Assembly: GCA_010909165.1 (NCBI GenBank)
Contig: MU008171.1
Coordinates: 1,116,001-1,180,000 of the forward strand
Direction of reading: 5' to 3'
Origin: Anthoceros angustus
Lineage: Eukaryota; Plantae; Anthocerotophyta
Length of the DNA stretch: 64,000 nucleotides
Positions 61,126 through 64,000 of this stretch are shown one piece after another. The translations under genes were made by a program, and so were the position numbers. Each line of letters opens with the position of its first letter. Position 1 is the stretch's first letter. The notes below the pieces were generated by a model. That model was not told the DNA's origin. It worked only from the letters and a program-made list of their open reading frames with translations, and searched no databases.

Positions 61126-62265
61126 CACGCTGCAATAGAGCAGAGCACAGAGTGGACAGGGAGTGTGCTTGACGGTCACAGAAGGTGTGGACCACCCTAT
61201 CGCAGAGAGAAGTTTTCGCAAAGAGAAGAATTCATAGAGAGAGAACAAATTGCGGACACTAGCCTGGGGTTGACAGTGCCAAGGAGGCACCGGGGACCGG
61301 GGACAAAGAGTCCCCAACCCTTACATACAAAGTTTTAGCTAGTTTATCTAAAATTTTAGTTTTAATTTTATTTATCTAAAATTTTTCTTATAACTTTATT
61401 TTATAATTTACTATATTTTATGGGAAATATTTCTCCTCATTTGAGAGTAGAAAACGCTGCAGCTAGATAGTTGCCCAATACACCATGAATTTAGGGGCAC
61501 AATGGGATATGATTCCATAGTGACAACAAAGGAATTACGACCAAACAGCTTTTAGAAACTTGGGAGCTTGCTCTCAAACCTCTATCATAACTTTCACATT
61601 ATTGACTCACCTTTTTTTTAATACAAATAATTCAATAAAAATCTATAAATACACAACAAAGCCCGCTGCGCCTCTCCATCATCGAGCATGCGAGGATAGG
61701 GTACCTAATTAACGGACACTGGAACAACATTTTAGTCTTTCTGTAAAGAAAGTAACGTGTGAGTCTGGTTGTTGGTTTAAGGGGGTCAAAGACCCTACAT
61801 TGGTAGCACATACCTCGAGTATGTACCTACGCTACATACTCGGCAAATCCACCCCTCTCGATAGAAGCAGAGATCTCGGACGGGATTGGGTTAACGGGTT
61901 GGAGAGCACGCTATTTTACTGCGCACCTAGTCCGACTCCTGTACGTGGCACTGTAGTAGTATTAGACACGGCCTCCGGACGACACTGTGGAGGCGTGGGC
62001 GCAGATTTGCGTGGGCCATGTTGCCCCCAGCCATTGATAAATGCAGCGGGGCCTGTTGGCGGGGTTAGCGGGGGATGCACCAGCATGCTAAGGCATGGCC
62101 GCTAGGGTCCGGGGAAACACACCAGAATCTCTATCGGGATCTTAACGTCATGTCATCGCCAGCGTGCTTGGACCTACGTAGTGCTGGCTCTCGCGGTTGT
62201 AGGTTTTGAAGCCCGTGATTCCAAAGCTCAACTTTCTCCGGTTGTTATGTTGACCTGGAGGAGAA

Positions 62266-64000
62266 ATGTGGGAACGTGCAGCGCGAAGGTATGGGTGGGC
62301 TCTGAAAGTCCTATGGTTTGCAGTTCACGCCGGGTGCATTGGGGGCCTATTGGCTATCGATCAAGATGTCCGCCAGAGTGTGTTGGATCGGAGCTGGTAC
62401 TGTTGCTGTTTCGAGATAGTCTTTTTGCTGGCTTTGATTGTACTGAACGCAAAGCACAGCTGGACCTGATGGCGTCTCTTTTGCATCAGGTACGTAGTGG
62501 TGTATGTCGTCTTGCTCCTCATCACGACTGTTCTGTACCTCTACACTGCAGGATCGTCTCCCGGGTAGGCCAGCCAATCTCTGCTTTAGTTTTCCATTTG
62601 AGGCAGTATGAAGGGCTTGAGATGTAGGTTGGGTCTGTTTGTGCTGGATACTTGAATTCCGACATCTGGTGTGGCCTTTGGCAGCTATGTTGTGGACGTG
62701 ATGGAGGAGGATGGCACGTTTGAAGAAAGCGTGAAGGCTGCACAAGAAAGGACCTCAGCGTGGTGGTATTGAAAAATTTCATCTGTCATATACTTGGCTG
62801 CATGTAGATACTTGGTGTGAATGGCTGGCCTCTGTATGGAGCCAGCCTGGAATGAAGTCCATGTATTTGCTTTTGACTTCACCTTTGGAAGTCAGGATTA
62901 CAGCACACTCCGCAACTTCATCATATGGATCAACGTCTGGAATCAATCAACAGGAGAGGTTGGAGAAAAGTGCTGGCAATGGGAGGCACGTGTCTGGTCC
63001 AGTGTCGGAGACCAGCCCATTGCTAGGTGGAAGCAGTAGCAAGCAGTTCAGAGTTGCAAGCTCTCCCGAAAGAAGCTCTCCTTTAGATCCTCATGTTCTA
63101 CATGACAACAGGTATCTTGCGAGCATGGTAGATGAAGTTTTCTTTGTTACTTACATGTTCATGCTGCTGTGTAGATCTGAACTGGTATCGTGTCGCCTTG
63201 TCATTGATCAGATAGACCTTTTTTGCACACCTACGAGGTTATGGTGTACTGGAGCATGCCTTTTGCTGATTGATCTCGAATGTCGTCTTGTCCCAACAGT
63301 TGGCGCTGTTCATATTGTCGTGTCTTGCAGGTATGTCAGCTAAAGCTTGTCATTTTGAAACTTCACAGATGTTCCTTTTGCGATAAGATGGTGTGACAGA
63401 TGTCATGCTGTTTTGATGCAGCCATTGCGCACCAAGCACTGCCATGACTGTAACAAATGTGTGCTTCGTTTTGATCACCACTGTGTGTGGTTGGGTACTT
63501 GTGTTGGACAACAGAATCATTGTAGATTTTGGTAAGCATGTTGGTTTACGTTTTCCAGAGCAGTATGACACCGTAGTGCAGTGGGAGCAGGTTGATGGCT
63601 TTCAACAACTCAGGGCTCATCGTGTGCTGTTATGGTGAATGTACAGGTGGTTTGTAACAGGCCAGACGACGTTGTGTGCCTGGACAACGATTCTCTACTT
63701 CATGTCTTTCAGCAAGAAGAGCTCGCGTGAAGGGTAAGCTGTGACCGAAACGTTCACATTGCGATTAGGTGAGGGTCCTCTAACTCTATCATCGACGTCT
63801 CATGACTATGTGGTGCAGAATCCCAAAGGGCGCCATTTTGCTGGTCGTGTCTGTGTCTCTTCTGACGTGCCTGATGTTTTTGGTGACGCTTCTGGCATTC
63901 CACACGTGCGTCTTCCCCCACCTTGCCCTCTTTGCCTTGATAGTCACCAAGCTTCTCACTGACTTTTTCAACTTGATGCGGTCCACAGCTACATGGTGGT
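62266..64000 (+). CDS. DHHC-type protein S-acyltransferase (PAT10-like), multi-exon, runs off the window end
   Basis: Spliced exons give [32 protein letters not shown], then [11 protein letters not shown]|[37 protein letters not shown] (DHHC at ~63473), then [12 protein letters not shown]... and [10 protein letters not shown]|YMV. Splice sites are canonical. Confidence 0.92.

Noticed and set aside
61740-62200. Structured ncRNA (snRNA, SRP or MRP) upstream of the PAT gene
   Set aside because: I found no match to U1, U2, U6 or SRP signature sequences that I know; it is more simply promoter and 5' UTR.

Overview
This is eukaryotic nuclear DNA from a streptophyte plant. Introns are mostly about 70-200 bp GT-AG, the host genes are land-plant-like, and a KIF12/kinesin-16-like motor is present, so I infer a non-seed plant with flagellated sperm (bryophyte/hornwort-like). 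The sequence alone cannot prove this. Host genes: a plant WD40-like gene (0.87-3.26 kb, -), then after a ~32 kb nested transposon island an intron-containing HdeD/DUF308-like membrane-protein gene, an intronless CAND6/7 (GPR107-type) 7TM gene, a PTI1-like kinase, thylakoid cyclophilin CYP28, an AT-rich kinesin, and a DHHC S-acyltransferase (PAT10-like) that runs off the right end. The island (4.5-36.7 kb) holds a Copia gag relic, LTR-like elements, a Sola-type DDD transposase with a related non-autonomous element (TIRs and a 4-bp TSD), CACTA transposase pieces and termini, a scrambled tandem array and a CRE-type endonuclease fragment. The most striking element is a Ty3/gypsy-like gag-protease ORF that continues directly into the N-terminal motifs of a C5 cytosine DNA methyltransferase and is cut off just before the catalytic motif. 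Caveat: repeat copies here differ mostly by 1-bp indels while host genes are clean, so several tandem duplications and TE frameshifts may be long-read assembly or polishing artefacts. All family assignments come from motif recognition by eye; no database searches were run.
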